IMG/VR virus record: IMGVR_UViG_3300020810_001160
Span: 36,594-100,593 of that record
DNA: 64,000 nt
Strand: one strand, 5' to 3'
From: a virus
Positions within the stretch are counted from its first letter, which is position 1; every line of letters begins with the position of its first letter. Shown one piece after another: positions 21,201 to 28,851 of this stretch. Both the position numbers and the translations under genes were made by a program. The notes beneath the pieces were generated by a model. That model was given only the letters and a program-made list of their open reading frames with translations. It made no database searches and was not told the DNA's origin.

Positions 21201-23950
21201 ACTTGCGTACTAATACAATATCAATTTTAATTAATAGTACTCAACAATTAAAAAGCACATTCACGTATGGCAATGAGAAAGATATATCTAAAACATATGA
21301 AAGACAGACAGGATATGTTCAATTTGTATTACCGCCAGCAAATTTATCTAACATTTCAATCACATACAAAATTAATGAAGATACATTAAACACTGCTGAT
21401 AGATTTGATTTATACAAACCTACTGCTGGTATGCCAGGTAAAGAACTTGCTCAAGTGATAGACGGAATTGATTACGGTGGAGTAGAAGTAAGAAGCATAG
21501 GATTTGAAGATACATCAGGCTGGGGTAACGAACCTTTCATGCAAGGTGAATGGGATACCTATGATGAAAGTTACGAAGATGAAGTTTTCTATTTAGACGG
21601 AAGCACACTCACGTTAAATCTTGCTAAAACATTAACACAAGGTGTGGAATACCATGTGTATCAAAATGGTATAAGAGTTGATGATCCTGCTTTTGATGTA
21701 GGAAATCCTACCAATGCGTTAGCACAAATGAATTCAATTGCTGGAGACGGTTCTACAAAAATTGTTGATATCAGTAATCTTGAAACAGAAGACGGTGACG
21801 TTATTATTGTAAGAAAATCCACAAGCGATGGATCATTTTTACCTGATCCAAATGCTGTTGATACATTGATTAAAGGTGGAGATTTAGCATACTCAACAGC
21901 ACAAGGACTTAACGCAGAAGACATCAACATAGATGGCGATGGATTTGTAACACCTACGTCTGCTAAAGGACCGGAGGAGTTTGTGCCAGGACAAGTATTA
22001 GACACATTAGACATTCAAGTTTACGATAGAGGTCCTAACACAGGATCGAAAATTAACAGTTACAATTACATAGGTGATGGAAACACTGTTGAATACTCTT
22101 TTGTTGATAATCCGCAAAGCAACACAGCAATATTTTTAAGTGTTAATAACATTTTAAAAGACAGTAATACATTCCAGGTTGATTATCAAAACAAAAAAAT
22201 AATATTCAATCAAGCACCATTAGTAGGTGAAAAAATAAACTTTATCACAATGGGCAACAATGGTGAATCTATTTTAGATGTTGATACATTTACAGGTGAC
22301 GGTAGCACAATTGAATATGTTACTAGAGCAAAATATACACAAGGAAACATTCAAACATTTGTAAAAGTAAATGGTGTAAATCAAGACTACACAGTGGTTG
22401 AGACTGATTCAGCGTATGCAGTTGCTAATAGAGTAGCAGTAAGATTTGATTCAGCACCTGCTCAAGACAGTGTGATCAATATTGTGGTTTATGAAAGTAC
22501 GTCACAGTCGTTCAGTGAAGTTACACAAAACACTTACACAGGTGACGGTAGTACAACACAATATCAATTGAACCCGACACCTTTTACACAAACACCTTTC
22601 ACAAACAATGTGATTGTTAAAGTTAACGATTCAGTTTTAAGAAGTGGTTTTCATAAAAAATTTACTGTAAGTGTTTTGAGAGAATACGAATTTGAAAATT
22701 GGCAAGTATTACCAGGCACAGTTAATACCACAGATGTAAGAGCATATCTAAACAAAATTGAATTGACATCTGCTGAATACACTTGGAACCCAGGCAATTC
22801 AAGTGTAACATTAACAGGCGGTATAGGAGTTGTTGGAGATGTGTTAGATGTTTATATTGCGAATGGAGAATATTCAGTAACTGATGCTGGTGTATTAAGT
22901 TTAAGTGTTGCTCCTGTTCAAGGTTCAACAATCACATCATATCAATTCAGCAAACACGATGTTCAAGATATAGATAGAACACAATATGATGTGGTGGCTA
23001 AATTATCAATCACAGTGAACACTGATGATTATTATCAGTACAATCAATTAACAAATGGTGTGGTTCAATTGAACAAGCCGGCAGTTGATGCCCAATATGT
23101 TTGGGTAAGTGTGAATGGTGATTGGTTAGCCCCTAGTATTGATTACACAGTTTCAAACAATCAGATGTATTTAAAAATTAATAGAACACTTTCACAAAAT
23201 GATACAATTGATGTGATTCACTTCACAGCACCATCGTTTGTAGGAAAATTTGCTTACCGACAATTTAAAGATGTTATGAACAGAACACACTTTAAGCGTA
23301 TTGGTGATGACAGACAATACTCTTTAGCACAAAATTTAAACTGGTATGACAAGGAAATTGTGTTGTCCGATGCCACAGGTATCACAGTACCGAGTGTTGC
23401 TTCGCAACTGCCAGGTATAATTTTTATAGATGGCGAAAGAATAGAATACTATCAAAAGGATGGCAACAGTTTACAACAATTAAGAAGAGGAACATTTGGA
23501 ACAGGTATTGCAGAAGTACATCTTGCTAATACAGATGTTTACGATCAAAGTGCTTTCCAAAATGTGCCTTATCAAGATCAGTTCATATCTGAGACATACA
23601 CTGGCGCAGATGTGGTAAACAATGTACTGAACATAGGCTTTGTGCCTAACAATGTGAATGAATTTGAACTGTTTGTTGGTGGTAAGAGATTGCGTAAAAA
23701 CGCAATCAGTGTGTACAATCCTACATTGGGACAAGATAGTCCTGAAGCAGATGCAACTGCACCTGCTGAATTCAGTGTGAACGGTACCACAGCCGCAATA
23801 ACATTCACAGTTACACCAGCCGAAAATGCCAAAATAGTGCTGGTACGAAAACAAGGAAGAATATGGCAATCAGGCACAAATCCACTCAGTCAGACGGAAA
23901 ATGATATAGCAAGATTCATACGTCAAAAAGAAGTGGCTTTGCCGCAATAA
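9299..23950 (+). CDS. Giant (4883 aa) baseplate wedge / virion structural protein with CBM5/12-like motifs, FG-GAP propeller blades and GDG repeats
   Basis: Uninterrupted 14.6 kb ORF after gp6; LPKYFRT N-terminus; YREKGT-like FIREKGT; KPYKTKIREY; FG-GAP-like blades; C-terminal IDGERIEY..LRRGTFGT. Confidence 0.8.
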   Translation: MAYDNDQKDFELPAGKDNGKRKSAEFLPKYFRTPVNQKFLHSTLDQLISQGTLEKLNAYYGRKVTSAYTSGDLYVPEISADRENYKFEPSVVQKDDLGNVNFYSDYIDFVNQIANYNGDTSNHSVLNAQEYYAWSPKIDWDKFVNYREYFWMPYGASTVSINGQQRNVVSTYTVTKSDQGDNYAYIFTPDGLTANPTLKLYKGQTYKFEIDAEGLPLVFRTQRILDESYNFNDGIDVQAVEKGIITFQVKDSTPEKLYYGSSNDINAWGLIQVFDIEENSAIDVTNEVLGKKNYTTADGVALSNGMKVNFKGTVTPAQYAEGDYYVEGVGEAIQLINSQNLEVVSSFTNSVPIPFDSQNFDTVGFGTATSYAVNKDYVVINRSSPEGSPWTRHNRWIHRSVIEASASANGQVADIDQTSRARRPIIEFEAGIKLYNFGTSSKGNVDLIDTVTKDVMSDIEGSEGFYVDGIAVTNGLKILFTADTDPLVKDKIYQVKFIDLELNGIKTNQVSLVEVANASPKEGETVLVTNGVKNQGKWYHYNNGWKTSQAKTKTNQAPLFDLFDSNGNSYTDDILYPNSSFRGNKIFSYAVGTGTNDTELGFPLTYQNVENVGDIVFNFDLLNQSYVYESQTLSGTLASETAFLKKYNAQGQFATVNGWSKAPTKSFQKVNRQYVASTNQLNDFAVDVYDKSGDLNDLGVKVFVNNKKKTQNVDWYILRVDSVAYVKFYTNLKANDVVLIRTTSATDKNANGHYEFPTNLQSNPLNDKVVTFTVGQVTDHVKSITNELTDIQGVTPGVSNLRDFPNATLYGRKFLQHSGPMVLSSYLLNNKEVNLISAISQSQTDYYKFKRSFVSAMDDLGFDGTSVQIVDKILEKLNKDSNDNLPYFQTDMFGVGAYISTTHEVLDVDSKFFALKNSHNLSTLSNKAVYVYLNGDQLLHAHDYIFTDGFVQVTKTLTLDDTIVINEFETTNGTYVPPTPTKLGLYPKYVPKKYSDTTALEPVNVIQGHDGSIVVAYNDFRDDVILELEKRIYNNIKVVFDENLFEIKTFIPRANSINEFTEASINKTLLGDFNDWLTFIGNEDYTANTYQSDENSLTWNYSNMVSPQGTKLSGYWRGVYKYAYDTDRPNITPWEMLGYTEEPSWWSTVYGPAPYTGDNLVLWQDLEKGIVREPNKKIIIKDKYKRPGLTSHIPVDSNGNIKSPFDSAYARGAVLQLTKGNFKFGDHAPIENAWRRSAHYPFALLKSYILHRPNQAVGIGLDISRTKRNASGQIVYNSLTAIRPKDIVFPSSIADKTINLTAGLINYIFEVVENSLTTNYASYKKQLTELTVQIGFKIRGYSNKNNFKLLIDSKTPLNSTSLFVPDENYQLIYNVSAPIEILTYSGLIIEKLASGYSIKGYDRDDPYVRYHAVYEQTSDPAITVGGISASFVNWSENKRYDRGAYVKYSDEFYAVDETHVSGSTFDLSKFLKLIDLPTEGGRTAILRKKFLTDAVVEIPYGTVFDTIQSVVDVILGYESYLKSKGFKFDQFDSQTELVSNWQLSMKEFLFWTTQNWDEGAVISLSPASKKLVLESKYSTTDNVVDNFYSYGVLKEDGKNLDKENLRITRESNTFELFTKNTVNGIYFAKIPLVQKEHVCLVDNSTDFNDLIYDPASGYKQDRIKMLGYITEWDGSLNIPGFIYDEAKVVEWQPYTDYAMSDVVKHKEFYYTANTKLKGTQEFNDNDWRRLDDKPRSSLLSNFDYKTNQFADFYDLDTDNFDSQQQKLAQHLIGYQPREYLRNIINDDVSQYKFYQGFIREKGTSNALNKLFDALASADKESLDFYEEWAIRKGQYGAVDTFDEIEYNLDESKFRLNPQPILLTDDSANTASDLVYRIQSGQTYLAPKDYTHTPFAIKYDKNTYIKTAGPVNPIDISLTLSQYEDILTNSNVKNLLEGQYVWIGNYNKSWTVLKYTKTEQQTVSVVKTGSTITVNTLNTAVMNVGEIFVVSIDGEDYVLKCTTANSTTIQCEDKEGFVSIDPGVGYITRFIEYRLGSIDDINTVINNQGLTDNEKFWIDESNDGKWKIVNNKFVYKTHNEISSTSTSGDESFGTVIAANKQNSIVLVSQPSDGDGKIYVFSRGSESGSLKLLQTIEAPTSDLLLNSDLFSSNSSFGKAVDISPDGNFVIIGAPNAGDLKTEYKGVYNPASNYNVGNIVQYKQQLWRATNQIEGAVASDLFSTFDASAFYKENIGFSTTSLLIGDSVFSNETTDHLLIRGSADQYSATKIGDKLILKYLDFSTEYPIDRNNYNKSANQPFNGIGAPTIKNNVFSGAEISIQAKVDEILQVSLTLRDAPVSSVVSTSTAQGTVVYSRKIAGKTLLYLKDVRGVFSASGSLLLDTLPIGDYTRVNTEDYDHLGGWWKVGIGASVSTGAGADISTNVVIQDIKLLNETRDSNLFFSSFEQPIVPITPQTPLVKAQFGLGTYYQRYYINPANNSWQSNSTPQGILSNKWFVRTGYDIAHDGGLNSSNSANNVSVWFNNVDQNAFDFSGLNIDSDDTNGIKEVVDIWEGYIDIDSQPDNNANYYYPEAGVHTIYDPIKFVQADVTFVQFIALEKIRVYFRNARNTVDPNGSTLFSLGSNAGQSATIQRLGGGVDRLIGSIEQAVQSGPNDGDILVFEHTTPITASGDPAAYTVNDIEYWIWDEFENVAGIQQLANIPSSQNRDWLQVHNIPIGEGTASGLTNQGAFLVYKKNTAGQYAYNSAFTVPDTQSGLRLGSKIQIRDVGDTTVAFISAEGNGSNALPGKVYFIKYSSTKNWWLGVDENYMGQFDQDADYLKDELVIYNNQLYKAKTNISSGAWTSDVWELQDSHADYLGYVPNDSGIELQGDSTLDQSKLIKFANTFDVDTNGVNLVVTNQYNDSKQDVIVYRLDNNHYTYKQTILPPQDSTPVIDFGADISISEDGELIAVGSPLKDLTNIDMGVVYVYKKASNDTGLYNLNQTLVSPDKETSEQFGNTLSFSGNVLAVCSLKGDQQVDDGSTVLDERYDVGSVHLFEKFESTLLYAEKFSYDNSFTQFGTNLLVNKNHVYIGLPKLQINGKQMGTVVDFRKSPLENNWNSVHESSDGIDQPDLSKIQGIFLYNKRTNTLLTRLDYVDPVFGKIPGPAESEIYYKTNYDPAVYNSNSAVGNIDTTNHWNSNQIGRLWWNISTAQYYYPYQSNIIFNNSYWNKLFVGASIDVHEWVESVYTPSQYNIISQSEEGEALGITGTVVNPTDYVTTKVYDDVAKVLSNKYYFWVKGKTTVPEMESRTLSANAVENLIKDPKGQGYKYVTIFGKNKFAIVNCDEFIQDKDTVISFRIKRIDSKNNVHKEYALLTEGLGTSTLPKEIETVWFNSLIGYDAQYNPVPDPTLSEKLRYGTLQYPRQSWFINKQEALKQTVERINSVLLQNLIVDEVDLSSLTQSDPAPKINTGLFDVAIDTEKDLDFVGVGSVKTASINITVENGKIINVTIADPGKGYKSIPTYKIKSITGEGAVIGLTIDINGSINSARILSQGKNYADTTTVEIRNYSALVQADSTVDGKWAIYSYSATDGWQKSKIQAYNVNLYWNYADWYATGYNQFTAIDHVISQSYEITAIDDTIGQIVKIQNIGAGGWLLLKKIGNQADVDYTVNYETVGRQNGTIQFTDKLYVYSGNVGFDSNSFDIQLYDRQPIQETRTILETVRDKIFVEELAVEYNKLYFAGIHYALSENKLNDFVFKTSFVKAQHNVGELEQKITFKNDNLSNYEDYVQEVKPYKTKIREYVSSYQKTEPTNSVITDFDYPPKYVNGIITPSKVTVVNDTLVGAENVKTYPDKNWKDNVGFKITAINIANPGTLYTNPPTVNITGGGGTGATARAYIKNGSVNRIVVINTGSGYISAPTITLSGSTTGVTAKASAVLGESLPRTTHIGIKFDRNTGTTLISNLQRTETFVGNNSQLKFKLKWPMDLRTNTISILINSTQQLKSTFTYGNEKDISKTYERQTGYVQFVLPPANLSNISITYKINEDTLNTADRFDLYKPTAGMPGKELAQVIDGIDYGGVEVRSIGFEDTSGWGNEPFMQGEWDTYDESYEDEVFYLDGSTLTLNLAKTLTQGVEYHVYQNGIRVDDPAFDVGNPTNALAQMNSIAGDGSTKIVDISNLETEDGDVIIVRKSTSDGSFLPDPNAVDTLIKGGDLAYSTAQGLNAEDINIDGDGFVTPTSAKGPEEFVPGQVLDTLDIQVYDRGPNTGSKINSYNYIGDGNTVEYSFVDNPQSNTAIFLSVNNILKDSNTFQVDYQNKKIIFNQAPLVGEKINFITMGNNGESILDVDTFTGDGSTIEYVTRAKYTQGNIQTFVKVNGVNQDYTVVETDSAYAVANRVAVRFDSAPAQDSVINIVVYESTSQSFSEVTQNTYTGDGSTTQYQLNPTPFTQTPFTNNVIVKVNDSVLRSGFHKKFTVSVLREYEFENWQVLPGTVNTTDVRAYLNKIELTSAEYTWNPGNSSVTLTGGIGVVGDVLDVYIANGEYSVTDAGVLSLSVAPVQGSTITSYQFSKHDVQDIDRTQYDVVAKLSITVNTDDYYQYNQLTNGVVQLNKPAVDAQYVWVSVNGDWLAPSIDYTVSNNQMYLKINRTLSQNDTIDVIHFTAPSFVGKFAYRQFKDVMNRTHFKRIGDDRQYSLAQNLNWYDKEIVLSDATGITVPSVASQLPGIIFIDGERIEYYQKDGNSLQQLRRGTFGTGIAEVHLANTDVYDQSAFQNVPYQDQFISETYTGADVVNNVLNIGFVPNNVNEFELFVGGKRLRKNAISVYNPTLGQDSPEADATAPAEFSVNGTTAAITFTVTPAENAKIVLVRKQGRIWQSGTNPLSQTENDIARFIRQKEVALPQ

Positions 23951-23953
23951 ATA
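23948..23953 (+). promoter_or_regulatory. TAAATA late-promoter-like motif
   Basis: Overlaps the stop codon of the giant gene, about 20 nt before the next ATG. Confidence 0.5.
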
Positions 23954-23974
23954 CAATGGTAGAACGGAGCAAAA

Positions 23975-24586
23975 ATGAGTAAAATTAACGAAAACAGCGG
24001 TGTACTAATACAAGGACACATTAAGATACACGATCCAGAATCTAAGACGATTTTTGTAAACAAACGCAATGCTATTCATTATGAAAACATGAGTGTAGCA
24101 TTAGCAGAAAGTGTAGCCAACCAAGGTCAAGGATTTATTAATTCAATGGCATTTGGTAATGGTGGTACATCAGTTGATCCAACAGGAATTATCACATATC
24201 TAACTCCGAACAGTACAGGTACAAATGCTACACTGTACAATCAAACCTACAGCAAAATTGTTGATGACAGATCAGTTTCTAATTTGGATCCACAAAGAAA
24301 TAAAATTGAAACAAGACACGTGAATGGAACAAACTACACAGATGTACTGGTAACTTGTTTGTTAGATTACGGTGAACCAAATGGACAAGATGCTGTTGAT
24401 GCCGCAAGTGCTTCAAACAGTTTATATGTTTTTGATGAACTAGGACTTGTGAGTTATTCACCATCAGGCACAGGCAAATTACTAACTCATGTAATTTTCC
24501 ACCCTGTACAAAAAAGTTTGAATAGATTAATACAGATTGATTACACAGTAAGAGTACAAAGTTTGACAGGTTTTAACGAAGGGTAG
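23975..24586 (+). CDS. Baseplate/tail-fibre attachment protein
   Basis: MAFGNGG...FDELGL...LLTHVIFHPVQKS..IQIDYTVRV resembles fibre-anchor (DUF3751-like) proteins; position before the fibres. Confidence 0.5.
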   Translation: MSKINENSGVLIQGHIKIHDPESKTIFVNKRNAIHYENMSVALAESVANQGQGFINSMAFGNGGTSVDPTGIITYLTPNSTGTNATLYNQTYSKIVDDRSVSNLDPQRNKIETRHVNGTNYTDVLVTCLLDYGEPNGQDAVDAASASNSLYVFDELGLVSYSPSGTGKLLTHVIFHPVQKSLNRLIQIDYTVRVQSLTGFNEG

Positions 24587-24589
24587 TAA

Positions 24590-26617
24590 ATGGCATATAC
24601 AATAAGTTTTTCTGATGCTGTTAACAAAGGTACAATCACCATTGAAGACAACACAGTAAACAACGAAACCAGCATTAATTTTCCAGGTAAGAACACAACT
24701 TCTTATGGCACAGTTATTGCAGAAAACTTTTTACAAATATTAGAAAATTTTGCTAACAGTTCAGCACCTTTAAGACCAATCGAAGGACAACTTTGGTTTG
24801 ATACCACAGCAGGCGTTAATCAATTAAAAGTTTATGATGGTGCCAACTGGGTAGCATCGGGTGGTTTAAAGAAAGCATTGAATCAACCAAGTGCTTCTGA
24901 AAGTATATCAGGTGACCTTTGGGTCGATACAAATGCTCAACAACTTTATTTGTTTACAGGATCAGGATGGACACTGATTGGTCCACAATACAGTAAAGGA
25001 TTAACCACTGGAGCAACTCCTGTTACAGCAACAGGAACAGATGATTTAACATACAGCATTGTTCAATTAGAAGTTGATGCTAAAGTGGTGGCGATCATTG
25101 CTAAAGATTCATTCACTCCAAAAATTAATATTCCAGGATTTTCACAATTAAAACCAGGTGTTAATATTAGTTCTACAAATTTTGGATCAGCCATTAATAA
25201 AGTTTACGGTATTTCAGAAAAAGCAGAAGCACTACTTGTTGGAAACACAACAGTAGCCGCAGGTAACTTTTTAAGATCAGACACTACATCACTCACTGAC
25301 TTTCCAATTAAAGTAAAAACAGATGATGGTATCGAAGTTGGAGCCGCTGGCTCTTTCAAAATGTTTGTGGAAAATCAAGCAGGTATTATTCAATTAGGAA
25401 CTTTAGATGAAGAAATAGATTTTAGATTAAACAATCAAGGTTCAACAACCACAGTGATGAGAATCAGTTCTCAGAGACAAGTAGGAATAAACAAAACAAA
25501 TCCTACAGAAGCATTAGATGTATCTGGAAATATTTTATCATCAGGCACAATTACTTCCAACAGCACTACTCCGTCGATCAATGTAGGTTCAGGTGCAGTT
25601 GTTTCTAAAGGTGGATTAGGTGTAGCATTAGATGCCAACATTGGTGGATCGGGTACGTTTGGAGGCAACATAACAGCAAACACAATAACTCCGTCACAAA
25701 ATTTAACTTATAATTTAGGATCATCTTCAAATAGATACGCAACTGTGTGGGCAAATCAAATTCAAGCCAGCAGTGTTATAACAGACAGTATTACAGGAAA
25801 TGCTTCAACAGCCACACAGGCTAATAGACTTGCTCAGGCAACAACATTTAGAATGACGGGCGATGTTACAGCAACAGATGTGTCTTTCAGAGGTGACGAT
25901 ATAACACCAAGAACTTTTACAACCAGTATTAGCAACACATTCATTGGCAATCAAACACTGACAACAACCAGCGAAGTAAGTGATGAAATAATTATTAACA
26001 GGACTGCTGGTATCACAGGAATTTACAAAACAACAGTTGGTGCAATTACAAATTCAATTCCAACACCACCAGTAGGATCAATGATGGCGTTTGCTGGAGC
26101 AACTGCTCCTACAGATTGGTTATTCTGTGATGGTGCTGAAGTGCAAAGAGCAGTTTACAATACTTTATTCCAAGTGATTGGAACACAGTATGGTACTCCT
26201 TCAAATTCGTCAGTATTCAAACTGCCTGATTTAAGAGGAAGATTCCCATTAGGTAAAGACAATATGTCTAACCCAGGTTTAGGACAAGGTTCAGCAGATA
26301 GAGTTACATCACCAACAGCAGATGGTTTAGGTCTAGGTGCAGGCAATGAGAAGAAAACTATTACGAAAGAAAATTTACCTAATCACGAACACACATTAAA
26401 AGCAAACAATGGTGATCAATTCTTTGCCGCAAGAAATATTGCAGGTGCTTCTACAGATCCAGAAGTTACCACAACAAGTGGTCCAGATTTAGCAAACACT
26501 AATGGTGCTCAACAATTGCCTAATTCAGGTGGAATTGACGGCACAATAGGACAAGCAATGGATGTGATGAATCCATACTTAACATTGAATTACATAATTT
26601 ACACTGGAGGAGCGTAA
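24590..26617 (+). CDS. Tail fibre with C-terminal tail-collar domain (gp12/short fibre-like)
   Basis: PVGSMMAFAGATAPTDWLFCDG..LFQVIGTQYG..FKLPDLRGRFPLG collar motif; MNPYLTLNYII end. Confidence 0.85.
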   Translation: MAYTISFSDAVNKGTITIEDNTVNNETSINFPGKNTTSYGTVIAENFLQILENFANSSAPLRPIEGQLWFDTTAGVNQLKVYDGANWVASGGLKKALNQPSASESISGDLWVDTNAQQLYLFTGSGWTLIGPQYSKGLTTGATPVTATGTDDLTYSIVQLEVDAKVVAIIAKDSFTPKINIPGFSQLKPGVNISSTNFGSAINKVYGISEKAEALLVGNTTVAAGNFLRSDTTSLTDFPIKVKTDDGIEVGAAGSFKMFVENQAGIIQLGTLDEEIDFRLNNQGSTTTVMRISSQRQVGINKTNPTEALDVSGNILSSGTITSNSTTPSINVGSGAVVSKGGLGVALDANIGGSGTFGGNITANTITPSQNLTYNLGSSSNRYATVWANQIQASSVITDSITGNASTATQANRLAQATTFRMTGDVTATDVSFRGDDITPRTFTTSISNTFIGNQTLTTTSEVSDEIIINRTAGITGIYKTTVGAITNSIPTPPVGSMMAFAGATAPTDWLFCDGAEVQRAVYNTLFQVIGTQYGTPSNSSVFKLPDLRGRFPLGKDNMSNPGLGQGSADRVTSPTADGLGLGAGNEKKTITKENLPNHEHTLKANNGDQFFAARNIAGASTDPEVTTTSGPDLANTNGAQQLPNSGGIDGTIGQAMDVMNPYLTLNYIIYTGGA

Positions 26618-28821
26618 TGAGTTATAAGTTAAACAAAACAGATGGTAGTTTACTTGTAGATTTAGTTGATGGTCAACTGGATACTTCTTCCAGCGACTTA
26701 ACACTGATCGGCAGAAATTATTCTGGATTTGGAGAAGTATTAAATGAAAACTTTATTCAATTACTAGAAAATTTTGCCAACACATCTGCTCCTATTAATC
26801 CTATCAGAGGACAGTTATGGTATGATACATCAGAAAATAGATTAAAAGTTTATAACGGTTCAGCATTTACATCATCAGGCGGAACAACAGTTGCTTCGCA
26901 ACAACCAAACATGGTATCAGGAGACCTTTGGATTGACAGTACAAAAAGTCAAATGTATTTCTTTGACGGTATTAGACTTCAGTTAGTTGGTCCGGATTAT
27001 TCAACAGCACAAGGAACATCAGGTTTTCAAGTTGACAGCATTATCGATACACAAAACATCACGCAGACTGTGGTTAAAATGTATGTGGGAGGCAATCTTG
27101 TCGGAGTTCACTCTAATGCTCAGTTCACACCAATTGCTACAGAAAGAATCAATGAATTAGTAACAAATGCTAATCCATTAGGAACATTACAAAAAGGTTT
27201 CAACACTGTAGGTGTAGATTACAAATACGTTGGCACATCGACTATTGCTCAATCTTTAATTGATGGAAATGGTGTTGTAAGAACAGCAGATCAATATTTG
27301 GTTTCCAACACTGACGATACAACTGTAGGTGCTCTTACAATTCAAAACAATGCTGGTTTGACAATAGGATTAAACAATAACACAAAATTACAATTTACTA
27401 ACAACGCATTCACAATAGCAAATCAATTATCAAATCAAGATGTAGAAATCAAAGTGAGAACACCGGCTGAAGTTTCAGCATTTAAGATTGATGCTTCTGC
27501 TAACGCAGTAGGAATTTACAAAGCAAATCCAACAGCAACATTAGATGTTGGTGGAAATGTTAATATTGATGGAAATTTAGTTGTCGGCGGAACAACCACT
27601 TCTATTGATACTGTTAATTTAAGAGTAGAAGATAAAAATATAGAATTAAACATCACCAGCTCTGGTGTAACCACAGATGATGCTGGAGCAAATGGCGGAG
27701 GAATCACTTTAAAATCTGCAGATGGTGATAAAACTTTTTCTTGGTACAATGGTACTGATGCTTGGACAAGTTCAGAATGGTTAGACTTTGCTGTGGGCAG
27801 AGGTGTTAAAATTAATACAAACACAGTATTGACTGAAACAGCGTTAGGTGGCACAGTAGTTCAATCATCATTAACGTCAGTAGGTACATTAGGCAATTTA
27901 GATGTTGATGATGTAAATGTAAATGGATCAACAATAACCAGTCAAAATGGACAATCTTTAAAAATAACATCAGCAACAAATGTTATCGAAGTCACAGGCA
28001 ATAAAAGAATCACAGGAGTTGCTACTCCGGTAAATGCTTCAGATGTTGCCACAAAAGAATACACAGATGGTTCTACAATCATCAGTTTACAATTAGATGT
28101 TTCTAACTTTACACAAAACGCAGTGGGCAATAACTATTTGAACACAAGAGAAGTGCTAGAAAAATTATATCCTGTGGCAGGATACAATTCAGGTTCTGCA
28201 GAACCACCATTATTAGTTCCAGGCAGTGTGATACCAGCAAGAAATCAAGGAGCATTAGCAAGAGTACTCACAGTTAATTACGGTGCAGGCGGTGGATTTA
28301 CTATTCCTACTTTAGATTTCTCAACATTGAAAAATTTTACTCAGGTGGATCAAACAATCACTGTACAACAGAGAACAATTTCTTCAGTAACATTTGGTGC
28401 ACAAGATCCAAGTCTTGGTGCTACAACAAAAATTACTACAACCGCCTCTCATTTCTATGAAGGTTTACAACAGATTGTAATCACAGGTACTACTGTGGTT
28501 AATGGTGTAACAGCAAACATTGACGGAAACTACATAATACAGGCGGCAGAGTTTCCAGCAGAACAACCAAACTATGTGAGTTTCACAATAAATTTAGACA
28601 CATCAGCGGCAGGATGGTTAAGTGCTACTTGTACTGTAGGTACAGTGGAAAGAACACCGATAGTGGGTGCGTCAAACAGACAGGTAATAGAAGATTTATC
28701 AAATGCGACCAACATAACAGGTACAATTAATTTTGCTCCTACAAGACAATTATTACAATTTGTGGTGAACAACGGTGCTTGGGCATTTGATAGAGAAATT
28801 ACATTATCACTAACACCATAG
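26617..28821 (+). CDS. Tail fibre paralog 2
   Basis: Shares N-terminal GRNYSGFGE..NENFIQLLENFA..PIRGQLWYDT module; fibre motifs VEDKNIEL and ASDVATKEY. Confidence 0.8.
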   Translation: MSYKLNKTDGSLLVDLVDGQLDTSSSDLTLIGRNYSGFGEVLNENFIQLLENFANTSAPINPIRGQLWYDTSENRLKVYNGSAFTSSGGTTVASQQPNMVSGDLWIDSTKSQMYFFDGIRLQLVGPDYSTAQGTSGFQVDSIIDTQNITQTVVKMYVGGNLVGVHSNAQFTPIATERINELVTNANPLGTLQKGFNTVGVDYKYVGTSTIAQSLIDGNGVVRTADQYLVSNTDDTTVGALTIQNNAGLTIGLNNNTKLQFTNNAFTIANQLSNQDVEIKVRTPAEVSAFKIDASANAVGIYKANPTATLDVGGNVNIDGNLVVGGTTTSIDTVNLRVEDKNIELNITSSGVTTDDAGANGGGITLKSADGDKTFSWYNGTDAWTSSEWLDFAVGRGVKINTNTVLTETALGGTVVQSSLTSVGTLGNLDVDDVNVNGSTITSQNGQSLKITSATNVIEVTGNKRITGVATPVNASDVATKEYTDGSTIISLQLDVSNFTQNAVGNNYLNTREVLEKLYPVAGYNSGSAEPPLLVPGSVIPARNQGALARVLTVNYGAGGGFTIPTLDFSTLKNFTQVDQTITVQQRTISSVTFGAQDPSLGATTKITTTASHFYEGLQQIVITGTTVVNGVTANIDGNYIIQAAEFPAEQPNYVSFTINLDTSAAGWLSATCTVGTVERTPIVGASNRQVIEDLSNATNITGTINFAPTRQLLQFVVNNGAWAFDREITLSLTP

Positions 28822-28823
28822 GA

Positions 28824-28834
28824 ACGATAAATAT
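28824..28834 (+). promoter_or_regulatory. Extended late-promoter-like motif ACGATAAATAT
   Basis: Identical to the minus-strand copy at 46054-46064. Confidence 0.6.
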
Positions 28835-28851
28835 AACAAACAAAGGGTATT

